64,000 nt of DNA from Verrucomicrobiia bacterium (lineage in GTDB: Bacteria; Verrucomicrobiota; Verrucomicrobiia; Limisphaerales; UBA1319): NCBI GenBank assembly GCA_963664225.1, contig OY760937.1, forward strand, positions 2,240,001 to 2,304,000, given 5' to 3'. Shown here piece after piece: positions 38,440 through 48,863 of the stretch. The notes beneath the pieces were generated by a model. It was given only the letters and a program-made list of their open reading frames with translations. It ran no database searches and was not told where the DNA came from. The position numbers were made by a program, and so were the translations under genes. The first letter of the stretch is position 1; each line of letters opens with the position of its first letter.

Positions 38440-41400
38440 ATGCTGAACCTTTCGTCACACTGGCAAACCTGGATGGCCAGGCAGGCACATCCGCTCCCTC
38501 GCGCCAGCGAGCCGCCTTTGCGGGCTGATTTGTTCAGCGTGGACCAACTCGCGCGCCATGCCAGAGCGCTCGCAGCCAATCACCAGGTGGCCACCAGGGA
38601 GGGTTCAAACCGGCTGCTGGATCGATTGGTTCAAAACGAAGAAAGACTCAGAACCTTCAATCGCCAGACTCTGGCCGTGGGTCAAAGCAGGAGAATTACG
38701 CCCGCCGCAGAATGGCTTTTGGATAACTTTTACCTGATCGAGGAACAGATTCAAATGGCCAGAAGGCATCTGCCCCGGGGTTACAGCCGGGAACTGCCCC
38801 GCCTCGTGAATGGCCAATCGGCCGGACTTCCGCGTGTTTACGATATCGTTCTGGAATTGATATCGCATGTGGATGCGCAGATCGATGCGGAACCGCTGGC
38901 CGCCTTTATTGCCGCCTACCAAAACGTGGCACCCTTAAACCTCGGCGAACTGTGGGCCATCCCCATTATGTTGCGCCTGGGATTGATTGAAAATCTCCAG
39001 CGCATCACCACCCTGCTGACCATCGCCCGAGAAGACCGCGATCTGGCGGACTTATGGGTGGACCGATTGCAGGCCATGGCGGAAAAGAATCCCTCCCACC
39101 TCGTCATTGTGGTGGCCGACATGGCAAAAGCGAATCTTCCCTTATCCAGTTCCTTTGTGGCCGAGTTTTGCCAGAGATTATCGCGCCAAAGTCCAGTGTT
39201 GCACCTCGCACGCACATGGCTTGAACAAAGGCTGGTGGAACAAGGACTCTCAATCGAGCAACTGGTTCAACTGGAAAGCCAGAATCAGGCCGCAGACCAG
39301 GTTTCGGTCAGCCACAGTATTTCCAGTCTTCGCCTCTTGAGCGCAATGGACTGGAAGGAATTTGTGGAATCACTGAGTCTTGTCGAGAAGATTTTGCGCA
39401 CAGACCCGGCCAGGCTGTATAGCGCGATGGATTTTTCGACGCGCGATTGCTATCGTCATTCGGTTGAATTCACTGCGCGGCATGGACAACTTTCCGAAGC
39501 GGATGTGGCACTGCGCGCCATTGCAATGGCCGCAGAAAGCGCCGCGCAGAAGGGAATTGAAGATCGGACCTCTCATGTGGGGTTTTACCTGATCGATAAA
39601 GGCGATGCCATTCTGGCGCGGCTGGCGAATGTGCAGTGGCCATGGCGCACATTCATCGAACGGGGCATCCGTCGATTTCCGCTCACTTCCTATGCGGGCG
39701 GAATTGCCCTGGTCACTCTGATCGCCACCTTGGGATTCACCCTGCAGGCATGGAAACTTGAAGTGAACGGCTGGAAACTGACTCTCTTCGCCCTGGCATT
39801 CGTTCTTTGTGCGAGCCAACTGGCTGTGTCATTAGTCAACTGGCTGATAACGCTTTCGGTCAAACCCCGCCTGCTCCCCCGCCTGGATTATTCTTCCGGA
39901 ATTGCCTCAGAATGCAGCACGATGGTGGTCGTCCCCACAATGCTTGCGAGCCTGGAGGGAATCGATCATCTTATCGAGACCCTGGAAATCCACTATCTCT
40001 CGAATCGGGACAAGCATCTTTACTTCGCCTTGCTTACGGATTTTCGCGACGCAGCGGAGGAAATTCTGCCTGGAGATCAACTTTTGCTTGCGAGGGCGAA
40101 GGCTGGAGTCGAAATGCTGGGTCGCAAGTATTCCTCGGATCGAAAAGACCTCTTTTTTTTGCTGCATCGCCCACGCCGCTGGAACGCGAAAGAAGGAGTC
40201 TGGATGGGATACGAGCGCAAGCGGGGTAAGCTGACGGAATTCAACAGCCTGCTAAGGGGAGGCAGTGTCAACAGCTTCTCCGAGATCGTTGGTGACACGG
40301 CCATTCTCCCGTTGATCAAGTATGTCATAACTCTCGACACCGATACCCAATTGCCACGCGATACAGCCAGGCAGCTTGTTGGAACGATGGCTCATCCATT
40401 GAACCGTCCGCTGTTTGATGGCGTAAGCGGAATTGTCACCGAGGGTTACGGCATTCTGCAACCCAGAGTGGGTGTGAGCCTGCCGAGCGCGCGGCGATCA
40501 TGGTTTGTCAGATTATATGCGGGAGACGTAGGGATTGATCCCTACACCCGGGAAGTGTCTGATGTATATCAGGATGTCTTTGAGGAAGGTTCATTTATCG
40601 GGAAAGGTATTTACGATGTGGACGCTTTCCGGCGTGCGATGAGCAAACGCTTCCCGGAGAATGCAATTCTCAGCCACGACTTGTTGGAAGCCTGCCACGC
40701 CCGTTCCGGCCTTGTGAGCGATGTGACATTCTATGAAGATTACCCTTCCCGGTATATCGTGGACGTTGAACGACGGCACCGCTGGATTCGGGGGGATTGG
40801 CAAATCACTCGATGGCTCCTGCCAGGAGTTCCGAGTGCCGATGGCGCTCGAATTCGCAATCCTCTTTCGATTTTGTCTCAATGGAAAATAATCGACAACC
40901 TGAGGCGCAGTCTTGTTCCCATAGCCTTGTTGCTGCTCATGTTGGGTGGCTGGCTTCTCCCACCTCCCCTCGGAAGTCTTGGATTCCTGCTGGTGCTTTT
41001 ACTCATCACTTTTCACGGCATGGTGGCAAATCTGGTCAATTTGTTCTGCAAGCCGAAAGATTTGCCTTTGGCAATGCATTTAAATGGGGTGGCGGGCGCA
41101 TGCGCCCGCCAGTTCGGTCAGACCCTGCTCACTTTGGTTTTTTTACCTTACGAAGCCTTCATCAGTCTGGATGCCATCCTACGAACGCTTTATCGGCTGT
41201 TGGTAACACATAGACGACTCCTTGACTGGCAAACCTCCAGCGACTCCGAAAGGACATCGCGCTCAAGCATCACCAGCTTTTATACCGTGATGTGGATCGC
41301 GCCAGTTATTGCATTGTTTTCCGGCTTGATCCTTGCCGCCACACAGCCGGACCAACTTTCCCTATTCCTGCCGATCCTGGGACTCTGGCTCACCGCGCCT

Positions 41401-44400
41401 TGCATTGCCTGGTGGATCAGCAGGCCCATAGTATCGCCTCCTCCGGATCTGGCGACCGATGATCTGACCTTTTTACGACGCATCGCCCGCAAAACCTGGC
41501 ACTATTTCGAGACTTTTGTCACGGCACAGGAGAACTGGCTTCCACCGGACAATTTTCAAGAGGTTCCAACGCCAACGATCGCATCCCGGACTTCACCCAC
41601 AAATATGGGTCTGGCATTGCTCGCCAATATGGCAGCATGGGATATGGGTTACCTCTCAGCGGGCGGCTTGATAAACCGAACTCAAAAAGCACTTGGGACC
41701 ATGCAAGGTCTCGAACGCCATAACGGCCATTTCTATAATTGGTACGATACTCGGACCCTGCGACCGCTCCTGCCGCTCTATATTTCGAGTGTGGACAGCG
41801 GCAACCTTGCGGGGCATTTGCTTACGCTCAGTTCCGGACTCAGGGAGCAAGCCGATGGACCGATTTTCACACCGCAGATATTTGCCGGTCTGCATGACAC
41901 GGTGAAAGTTCTGAGAGGATTGGCCGGCAAAGACCCCGTAATCACGAAACTCGATGTGGAATTGCAGATGGCGCCTTCCAGCATTCGCAAGGCTTTTACC
42001 CTCCTGGAATGGGCAACAGGCCAGGCCACCGGGATTATTACCTCGCCCGCGCGCCAGGATGATGCATTCAAAGAATGGGCACAAACCCTGAAAGCCCATT
42101 GCGAAGACCATTTGGAGGAGATGCGTTTCATCGCACCATGGCTGGCGCTGCAAAGACCAAATCCGAGCAATATTGTTGAACAACAACTATTCCAACTCGA
42201 CAAAGCTCCCACCTTGAGAGCGATCACGAAATTTGATCAATCGCTCGTTCCATTGGTCGATAAGGCATTGCGGAATCTTACAGCGGCCGCGGACCCATCT
42301 CTTGCAGAGGAAACATATCACCTCACCGTCTTCTTGAGCAGTTTACGCACGGCAACCGAGAATGCCCGCCTACGGTTGCGCGCAATGGAAACCCTGGCCA
42401 CGCAATGCGAGGAATTGGCCGCGATGGATTTCGCCTTTCTATTCGATCCGGCAAGGGAGTTGTTTGCCACCGGGTACAATGTTACCGAACATCGCCGCGA
42501 CGCCAGTTTTTATGACCTGCTCGCCTCGGAGGCCCGCCTGTGCAGTTACGTGGCCATTGCTCTAGGGCAGGTGCCGCAGGACCATTGGTTTTCCATGGGC
42601 CGTTTGCTCGTCTCCGCGAGCAGCGAATCCATATTGGTTTCCTGGAGTGGCTCGATGTTCGAATACCTGATGCCGTTGTTGGTGATGCCAAATTATGAGA
42701 ACACATTACTCGATCACACCTGTAAAGCGGCGGTGCGACAACAGATCGCCTATGGGAAGTTTAGAGGAGTGCCATGGGGCATTTCCGAATCCGGCTATAA
42801 TCTGACTGACGTTCATCTGAATTACCAATACCGGGCTTTCGGCGTGCCGGGTCTGGGTTTGAAAAGAGGGCTGGCCGATGATTTGGTGATCGCTCCTTAT
42901 GCCAGTGCCATGGCGCTGTTGGTTGCACCGGTTGAAGCCTGCAAAAACCTGAGAAATCTGGCTGACGAACAAAATGAAGGACCATTTGGATTCTACGAAG
43001 CGATCGACTACACACCGTCGCGTCAGCGGCCTGAGGAATCGCGTGCCATCATCCGATCCTTCATGGCGCATCATCAGGGAATGAGTTTTCTGGCAATGGC
43101 CAACCTGCCGGGAGTAAATCTCATGCAACGGCGGTTCATGGCCTGCCCCCTGCTCAAGGCCTCTGAATTGCTATTGCAGGAGCGTGTCCCCAAGACGGCG
43201 GCAAATGTTTTCACTGAGGATTTGGAATTGGAGACATCCCGGGTTCCTTCAGGTGAAGTCGAGAGCGTCATGCGTGTGTTCACCAATCCGACATTGCCGG
43301 CGCCGGAGGTTCATCTGTTGTCCAACGGTAATTATCATGTCGTCATCTCCAGTGCGGGAGGGGGCTACAGTCGCTGGCGCGATCTGGCCGTCACACGGTG
43401 GCGTGAAGACGCCACGCGCGATTGCTGGGGGTCCTTTATCTATTTGCGCGACCTGGAGACTGAAGAATTCTGGTCCGCCGCTTATCAGCCTACCTTGCGG
43501 CCGGCGAAAGGCTACGAAGCCATCTTCACACAGGCGCGCGCTGAGTTTCGGCAGCATCGCGGCGGCATCGATATTCACACCGAGATCTGCGTGTCGCCTG
43601 AAGACGACGTGGAGTTGCGGCGCGTCACAATCACCAATCGTTCTTCGGTCACGCGCGTCATTGAATTGACCAGTTACGCCGAAGTGGCTCTTGTGACACC
43701 GGACGCAGACGCGGCACATCCCGCTTTCAGCAATCTGTTTGTGCAAACCGAATTCTCGCGAGCATCATCGTCAATCCTCTGCACCCGTCGTGCCCGCTCC
43801 CCGGAGGAAAAGCCGCCGTGGCTGCTTCATCTAATGCTTTCCACGGGCGGCAATCAGGGAGAGATCTCCTGCGAAACCGATCGATACCGGTTTGTAGGAC
43901 GCGGCCGGACCCTGGCCAATCCTGCCGCAATGCAGGGACTTTTACCATTGTCAAACACGGTCGGTTCCGTCCTGGATCCGATCATTTCTCTGAGGCGTAC
44001 GGTAGCGTTACCACCCAATGAAACCGCCATAATTGATCTGGTTATTGGCATGACCGATAGCCGGGAATCCGCGCTGGCGCATGTCGAAAAATATCAAAGT
44101 TCCCGCATGGCGGACCGTGCCTTCGATCTGGCGTGGACCCACAGCCAGGTGACCTTGCGTCACCTCAACGCCTCGGAGGGAGAGGCGCAGCTCTACGGCC
44201 GGCTGGCCAGTGCATTGATTTATGCCGATTCCGCGCGTCGGGCCATCCCCAGCGTGCTGCTCCACAACCGGCGCGGGCAAAACGGCCTCTGGAGCTACGG
44301 AATCTCCGGTGATGCGCCCATCATCCTTCTTCACATCAGCAACAAAGACAAAGTCGAAATCGTTCGCCAATTGATTCAGGCCCACTCCTATTGGCGCATG

Positions 44401-47130
44401 AAGGGACTGACCGTTGACCTTGTCATCTTGAACGAAGATACTTCAATTTATCGTCAATCCCTCCAGGACCAGATCAAGAGTCTGATCACTTCTGGAATTG
44501 AGGCGCAAATGCTGGATAAACCGGGAGGCATCTTTGTCAGACATCTTGAGCAAATTCCAAATGAGGATCGCATTCTGCTCTATTCAGCGGCAAGAGTCGT
44601 CCTGGATGATGAGAAGGGAACCCTGGCGGAGCAATTGGAACACCGCAGCCTGCTGGAGCCTTTGGTCCCCATCCTGACACACACCCGGTCCGGTTCACCC
44701 AACTCACCTGTGCCGCTCGCTTCACGGGAATTGATTTTCAGGAACGGCCTCGGTGGATTCACCCGCGACGGCCACGAATATGTCATCACCCTTGAGCACG
44801 GACAAATGACGCCCGCACCCTGGATCAATGTGCTGGCCAATCCCACTTTTGGAACGATCATCTCAGAAAGCGGCGCCGGATACACCTGGTGCGATAATTC
44901 CCACGAATTTCGATTAACACCCTGGAGCAACGATCCCGTCCAGGACACCACCGGTGAAGCGCTCTACATTCGTGATGAGCACACCGGGCAGTTTTGGTCT
45001 CCCACGCCGCTGCCCGCGCGCGGCCCCACGCCTTATGTCATCCGGCATGGCTTCGGCTATACGGTGTTCGAGCATACTGAGAACGGCGTTGCTTCCGAGT
45101 TGTGGGTCTATGTGGCAATGGACGCACCGGTAAAATTAATGGTTTTGAAATTGCGCAACGTCTCCGGGTATCCGCGACGCCTGTCTGTCACGGGCTACTG
45201 CGAATGGGTGTTGGGCGACTTGAGGCATAAAGGTCTCCTGCATGTCCAAACCGAAACAGACCTCAAGACCGGCGCCTTGCTGGCACGCAATTATTACAAC
45301 TCCGAATTCCCTGATCGAATTGTGTTCATCGATGTGAACGATCCAACGCGCACGCTCACCGGAGATCGAAAGGAGTTCATTGGCCGAAACGGAAATCTGG
45401 CGCAACCCGCCGCCATGAAGCGAACGCGCCTCTCGGGTAAAACCGGGGCGGGACTGGATCCGTGCGGCGCGGTACAAGTCGCTTTCAATCTGCCCGATGA
45501 ACAGGAACATGAAACGAGTTTTCACCTCGGGGTGGGCCGCAATACGACTGAGGTGCAGAATCTGATCCGACGGTTTCGCCAGTCCGATGCAAACCGGGTG
45601 GCACTGGAAGGTGTGTGGGAGTATTGGAATCGGACTCTCGGCGCTGTGAATGTGGATACGCCGGATTCGTCCGTGAATGTAATGGCCAACGGCTGGCTGT
45701 TGTATCAGACGTTGAGCTGTCGGATCTGGGGGCGGACGGGGTTTTATCAATCCGGCGGCGCCTACGGCTTCCGAGACCAGTTGCAGGACGTGATGGCCCT
45801 GGTGCATGCCGAACCCGCGCTGGCTCGCGAGCATTTGCTGCGCGCCGCCGCGCGTCAATTTCGCGAGGGCGACGTGCAACATTGGTGGCATCCGCCGACC
45901 GGTCGCGGCGTGCGAACGCATTTTTCCGACGACTTCCTTTGGTTGCCTTATGCAACCTGCCGCTATGTCTCGTGCGTTGCCGACACAGGCGTTCTTGATG
46001 AAAAGATACCTTTCCTTCAATCACGTCCGGTCAGGCCGGATGAGGAGGCCTTTTACGATTTGCCCAATCGCGCGGAGGAGTCGGCCACGCTTTATCAGCA
46101 TTGCGTGCGCGCCATTGAGCGCGGTCTGGCATTTGGCGCACATGGCCTTCCGCTGATCGGTTGCGGCGACTGGAATGATGGCATGAATCGGGTGGGAAAC
46201 CAGGGACAAGGCGAAAGCGTCTGGCTGGCCTTCTTCCTTTACGATGTGCTCACCCAGTTTGCGGGGCTGGCTGCCGCACGCAACGATGCCGCCTTTGCCG
46301 AACATTGCACAGTCCAGGCAAAACAACTTCAACTAAACATCGAACAACATGCCTGGGATGGACAATGGTATCGTCGCGCCTACTTCGATAACGGCGAACC
46401 GCTCGGCTCCCAGACCAATCCAGAATGCCAGATCGATTCCCTGCCTCAAAGTTGGTCGGTGATCAGCGGGGCCGGCGATCCTCAACGAACACATCAGGCG
46501 ATGCAATCCGTGGACCAGCGGCTCGTCCACCGCGACGAGGGACTCGTTCAATTATTTGATCCGCCCTTCGACAAATCCGCACTCAATCCCGGCTATATCA
46601 AAGGCTACATTCCCGGCGTCCGTGAAAACGGCGGTCAATATACGCATGGTGCCATTTGGGCCGCCATGGCCTTCGCGATCATGGGCGATCATGAACGGGC
46701 GTGGGAACTCTTCGCACTGCTTAATCCCATTCATCATGGAGGCACCCCAGGACAAATCGCCCTCTATAAAGTGGAGCCGTATGTCGTCGCGGCGGACATT
46801 TATGCGGTCCCGCCGCACACAGGTCGCGGTGGCTGGACTTGGTACACCGGATCGGCCGGCTGGATGTATCGGTTGCTCGTTGAAACCTTGCTGGGTGTAA
46901 ACCGCGAAGGGGATCAACTGCTGTTGAGTCCACATCCACCAAAAAGCTGGGCGACATTCAAAGTCCACTATCGATACCATAAAACCGTTTATCACATCAC
47001 CATCACCCGCCTCCCTGTGGATTCGGTAGGCGTGAATCTGTTATCTCTCGACGGACGTGAGCTATCCGGGAATACGATCCCGCTCCAGGACGATGGACAC
47101 GAACATACCGCCGAAATGAAAGTCCCATGA
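38440..47130 (+). CDS. ndvB: Cyclic beta-1,2-glucan synthase (GT84 + glucoamylase-like + GH94; NdvB/Cgs)
   Basis: AAEWLLDNFYLIEEQ, YERKRGKL, VITLD.DT, ILSHDLLE, RWIRGDWQ, RTSPTNMG, FYQSGGAYGFRDQLQD, GDWNDGMN, GVRENGGQYTH, GRGGWTWYTGSA; about 2900 aa. Confidence 0.93.
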   Translation: MLNLSSHWQTWMARQAHPLPRASEPPLRADLFSVDQLARHARALAANHQVATREGSNRLLDRLVQNEERLRTFNRQTLAVGQSRRITPAAEWLLDNFYLIEEQIQMARRHLPRGYSRELPRLVNGQSAGLPRVYDIVLELISHVDAQIDAEPLAAFIAAYQNVAPLNLGELWAIPIMLRLGLIENLQRITTLLTIAREDRDLADLWVDRLQAMAEKNPSHLVIVVADMAKANLPLSSSFVAEFCQRLSRQSPVLHLARTWLEQRLVEQGLSIEQLVQLESQNQAADQVSVSHSISSLRLLSAMDWKEFVESLSLVEKILRTDPARLYSAMDFSTRDCYRHSVEFTARHGQLSEADVALRAIAMAAESAAQKGIEDRTSHVGFYLIDKGDAILARLANVQWPWRTFIERGIRRFPLTSYAGGIALVTLIATLGFTLQAWKLEVNGWKLTLFALAFVLCASQLAVSLVNWLITLSVKPRLLPRLDYSSGIASECSTMVVVPTMLASLEGIDHLIETLEIHYLSNRDKHLYFALLTDFRDAAEEILPGDQLLLARAKAGVEMLGRKYSSDRKDLFFLLHRPRRWNAKEGVWMGYERKRGKLTEFNSLLRGGSVNSFSEIVGDTAILPLIKYVITLDTDTQLPRDTARQLVGTMAHPLNRPLFDGVSGIVTEGYGILQPRVGVSLPSARRSWFVRLYAGDVGIDPYTREVSDVYQDVFEEGSFIGKGIYDVDAFRRAMSKRFPENAILSHDLLEACHARSGLVSDVTFYEDYPSRYIVDVERRHRWIRGDWQITRWLLPGVPSADGARIRNPLSILSQWKIIDNLRRSLVPIALLLLMLGGWLLPPPLGSLGFLLVLLLITFHGMVANLVNLFCKPKDLPLAMHLNGVAGACARQFGQTLLTLVFLPYEAFISLDAILRTLYRLLVTHRRLLDWQTSSDSERTSRSSITSFYTVMWIAPVIALFSGLILAATQPDQLSLFLPILGLWLTAPCIAWWISRPIVSPPPDLATDDLTFLRRIARKTWHYFETFVTAQENWLPPDNFQEVPTPTIASRTSPTNMGLALLANMAAWDMGYLSAGGLINRTQKALGTMQGLERHNGHFYNWYDTRTLRPLLPLYISSVDSGNLAGHLLTLSSGLREQADGPIFTPQIFAGLHDTVKVLRGLAGKDPVITKLDVELQMAPSSIRKAFTLLEWATGQATGIITSPARQDDAFKEWAQTLKAHCEDHLEEMRFIAPWLALQRPNPSNIVEQQLFQLDKAPTLRAITKFDQSLVPLVDKALRNLTAAADPSLAEETYHLTVFLSSLRTATENARLRLRAMETLATQCEELAAMDFAFLFDPARELFATGYNVTEHRRDASFYDLLASEARLCSYVAIALGQVPQDHWFSMGRLLVSASSESILVSWSGSMFEYLMPLLVMPNYENTLLDHTCKAAVRQQIAYGKFRGVPWGISESGYNLTDVHLNYQYRAFGVPGLGLKRGLADDLVIAPYASAMALLVAPVEACKNLRNLADEQNEGPFGFYEAIDYTPSRQRPEESRAIIRSFMAHHQGMSFLAMANLPGVNLMQRRFMACPLLKASELLLQERVPKTAANVFTEDLELETSRVPSGEVESVMRVFTNPTLPAPEVHLLSNGNYHVVISSAGGGYSRWRDLAVTRWREDATRDCWGSFIYLRDLETEEFWSAAYQPTLRPAKGYEAIFTQARAEFRQHRGGIDIHTEICVSPEDDVELRRVTITNRSSVTRVIELTSYAEVALVTPDADAAHPAFSNLFVQTEFSRASSSILCTRRARSPEEKPPWLLHLMLSTGGNQGEISCETDRYRFVGRGRTLANPAAMQGLLPLSNTVGSVLDPIISLRRTVALPPNETAIIDLVIGMTDSRESALAHVEKYQSSRMADRAFDLAWTHSQVTLRHLNASEGEAQLYGRLASALIYADSARRAIPSVLLHNRRGQNGLWSYGISGDAPIILLHISNKDKVEIVRQLIQAHSYWRMKGLTVDLVILNEDTSIYRQSLQDQIKSLITSGIEAQMLDKPGGIFVRHLEQIPNEDRILLYSAARVVLDDEKGTLAEQLEHRSLLEPLVPILTHTRSGSPNSPVPLASRELIFRNGLGGFTRDGHEYVITLEHGQMTPAPWINVLANPTFGTIISESGAGYTWCDNSHEFRLTPWSNDPVQDTTGEALYIRDEHTGQFWSPTPLPARGPTPYVIRHGFGYTVFEHTENGVASELWVYVAMDAPVKLMVLKLRNVSGYPRRLSVTGYCEWVLGDLRHKGLLHVQTETDLKTGALLARNYYNSEFPDRIVFIDVNDPTRTLTGDRKEFIGRNGNLAQPAAMKRTRLSGKTGAGLDPCGAVQVAFNLPDEQEHETSFHLGVGRNTTEVQNLIRRFRQSDANRVALEGVWEYWNRTLGAVNVDTPDSSVNVMANGWLLYQTLSCRIWGRTGFYQSGGAYGFRDQLQDVMALVHAEPALAREHLLRAAARQFREGDVQHWWHPPTGRGVRTHFSDDFLWLPYATCRYVSCVADTGVLDEKIPFLQSRPVRPDEEAFYDLPNRAEESATLYQHCVRAIERGLAFGAHGLPLIGCGDWNDGMNRVGNQGQGESVWLAFFLYDVLTQFAGLAAARNDAAFAEHCTVQAKQLQLNIEQHAWDGQWYRRAYFDNGEPLGSQTNPECQIDSLPQSWSVISGAGDPQRTHQAMQSVDQRLVHRDEGLVQLFDPPFDKSALNPGYIKGYIPGVRENGGQYTHGAIWAAMAFAIMGDHERAWELFALLNPIHHGGTPGQIALYKVEPYVVAADIYAVPPHTGRGGWTWYTGSAGWMYRLLVETLLGVNREGDQLLLSPHPPKSWATFKVHYRYHKTVYHITITRLPVDSVGVNLLSLDGRELSGNTIPLQDDGHEHTAEMKVP

Positions 47131-47145
47131 ATTGCATAAACCGCC

Positions 47146-48861
47146 GTGGTTAGCACCAGACAATTCATCCGGACACCCCAGGCCTTCAGTTGGGTCGATC
47201 TGGCTGTTGCCGGACTGCTGGCCGCGTTTATCTATGCGCTCGTCACAGTGTCCCACGAATGGATCAGCCCTTTGCAGCAAGTCCCGGAGATCCATCTGGA
47301 GGCGCGATATCTGCCGCTCTATGCGCTCTATAGCCTGTCACGCGGCGTCATGGCATACGGCGTGTCATTCCTGTTCACCATGGTTTATGGCTACGCGATG
47401 GCTCGAGTGACAGGCGCCGAGCGTGTGATGTTGCCCGTGCTCGATATTCTGCAAAGCATCCCTGTGCTAGGCTTTCTGCCGGGATTTGTAATCGGACTGG
47501 TTCACCTGTTTCCACACCGGAACATCGGCCTGGAAATCGCGTCGGTGCTGATGATCTTCACGGGACAGGTGTGGAACATGACGTTTTCGTTTTACTCGTC
47601 GTTGAAATCGGTGCCACCTGATTTGGTGGAGGTCTCCCGTCTCGCCAGAATGTCCTGGTGGGAGCGATTCTTTCGCCTCGACCTCTCATTTTCAGCAAAC
47701 GGATTACTATGGAACAGTATGATGTCGATGGCAGGCGGCTGGTTCTTCCTGATGGTCAGCGAGGCGTTTGTTCTGGGCGAGCACGATTTTCGACTGCCCG
47801 GTCTGGGTTCGTTTATGAGCCTCGCCATCGAGCGCGGCAATGGACAGGCGCAACTGCTCGGAGTGTTTTCGATGCTCGGGATGATTGTGTTCGTTGACCA
47901 GGTGGTCTGGCGACCGCTTGTGGCGTGGTCACACAAGTTCAGTGATGAAGAATCAACGAGCGCATCCGGGTCATGGCTCTGGGAGCGGATTCGACGGTCC
48001 CGCGTCTGGTGGGTCGCGGCGCAATCTTTCAAGTTTTTCCGGCGGCGGGCCAATTCGCCCGCAGTCGCACCCATGACTCACACGGCATGGGCGGGTGCAC
48101 GCTCGGCCAGCGTGCTGCATGGATCAAAACGCATGCTTGCGGGCGTGGTTGGCGCAGGAGTCCTGATTGGTCTGGTGAAGTATTTCCAATTGCTCATGAC
48201 TCTGACGGGCAGCGAATGGCTCCGACTGCTCCAGAGCACCGGGGCGACCTTTCTGCGCGTCGTCGTTGCGGTGATGCTGGCATCGCTTTGGACAATTCCT
48301 GTTGGAGTCATGATTGGCCGGCATCCGCGTTGGTCGCGCGCGTTGCAACCCGTCATTCAGATGGCGGCAAGCTTCCCCGCGCCGATGATCTTCCCGGTGG
48401 TGGTGGGTGGGATGCTCGCATTGGGTGCCGGCTTGGGAATCAGCTCCGTCGTGCTGCTGTTGCTGGGCACGCAGTGGTACATCCTATTCAATGTCATTGC
48501 GGGCAGCAGTGGAATTCCGCGCGAACTCTGGGAAGTGGCCCGTCTATCCCAATTCGACTGGCGCCATCGTTGGCAGCAACTGATTCTGCCCGCCATCTTC
48601 CCAAGCCTGCTCACCGGCTGGATCACCGCGATGGGCGGCGCGTGGAACGCCAGCATCGTCGCCGAATACATGAAGTATCACGGGCAGACACTCAGCACGA
48701 CGGGACTGGGCGCGGCGATCAGCCAGGCGACGGAACGCGGTGATTTTCACATCCTGGCCGCTGCGGTGGGCATCATGGCAATAACAGTCGTGAGCTTCAA
48801 CCGGCTTGTCTGGCGGCCGCTCAGTCACCTGGCGCAAACCCGCTTTACTTTGGACACCTGA
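47146..48861 (+). CDS. ABC transporter permease with duplicated TM domains (NitT/TauT-type)
   Basis: LDILQSIPVLGF, IFTGQVWNM.FS, NSMMSMAGGWFF, LGTQWYILFNVIAG, GGAWNASIVAE. Confidence 0.9.
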   Translation: MVSTRQFIRTPQAFSWVDLAVAGLLAAFIYALVTVSHEWISPLQQVPEIHLEARYLPLYALYSLSRGVMAYGVSFLFTMVYGYAMARVTGAERVMLPVLDILQSIPVLGFLPGFVIGLVHLFPHRNIGLEIASVLMIFTGQVWNMTFSFYSSLKSVPPDLVEVSRLARMSWWERFFRLDLSFSANGLLWNSMMSMAGGWFFLMVSEAFVLGEHDFRLPGLGSFMSLAIERGNGQAQLLGVFSMLGMIVFVDQVVWRPLVAWSHKFSDEESTSASGSWLWERIRRSRVWWVAAQSFKFFRRRANSPAVAPMTHTAWAGARSASVLHGSKRMLAGVVGAGVLIGLVKYFQLLMTLTGSEWLRLLQSTGATFLRVVVAVMLASLWTIPVGVMIGRHPRWSRALQPVIQMAASFPAPMIFPVVVGGMLALGAGLGISSVVLLLLGTQWYILFNVIAGSSGIPRELWEVARLSQFDWRHRWQQLILPAIFPSLLTGWITAMGGAWNASIVAEYMKYHGQTLSTTGLGAAISQATERGDFHILAAAVGIMAITVVSFNRLVWRPLSHLAQTRFTLDT

Positions 48862-48863
48862 TT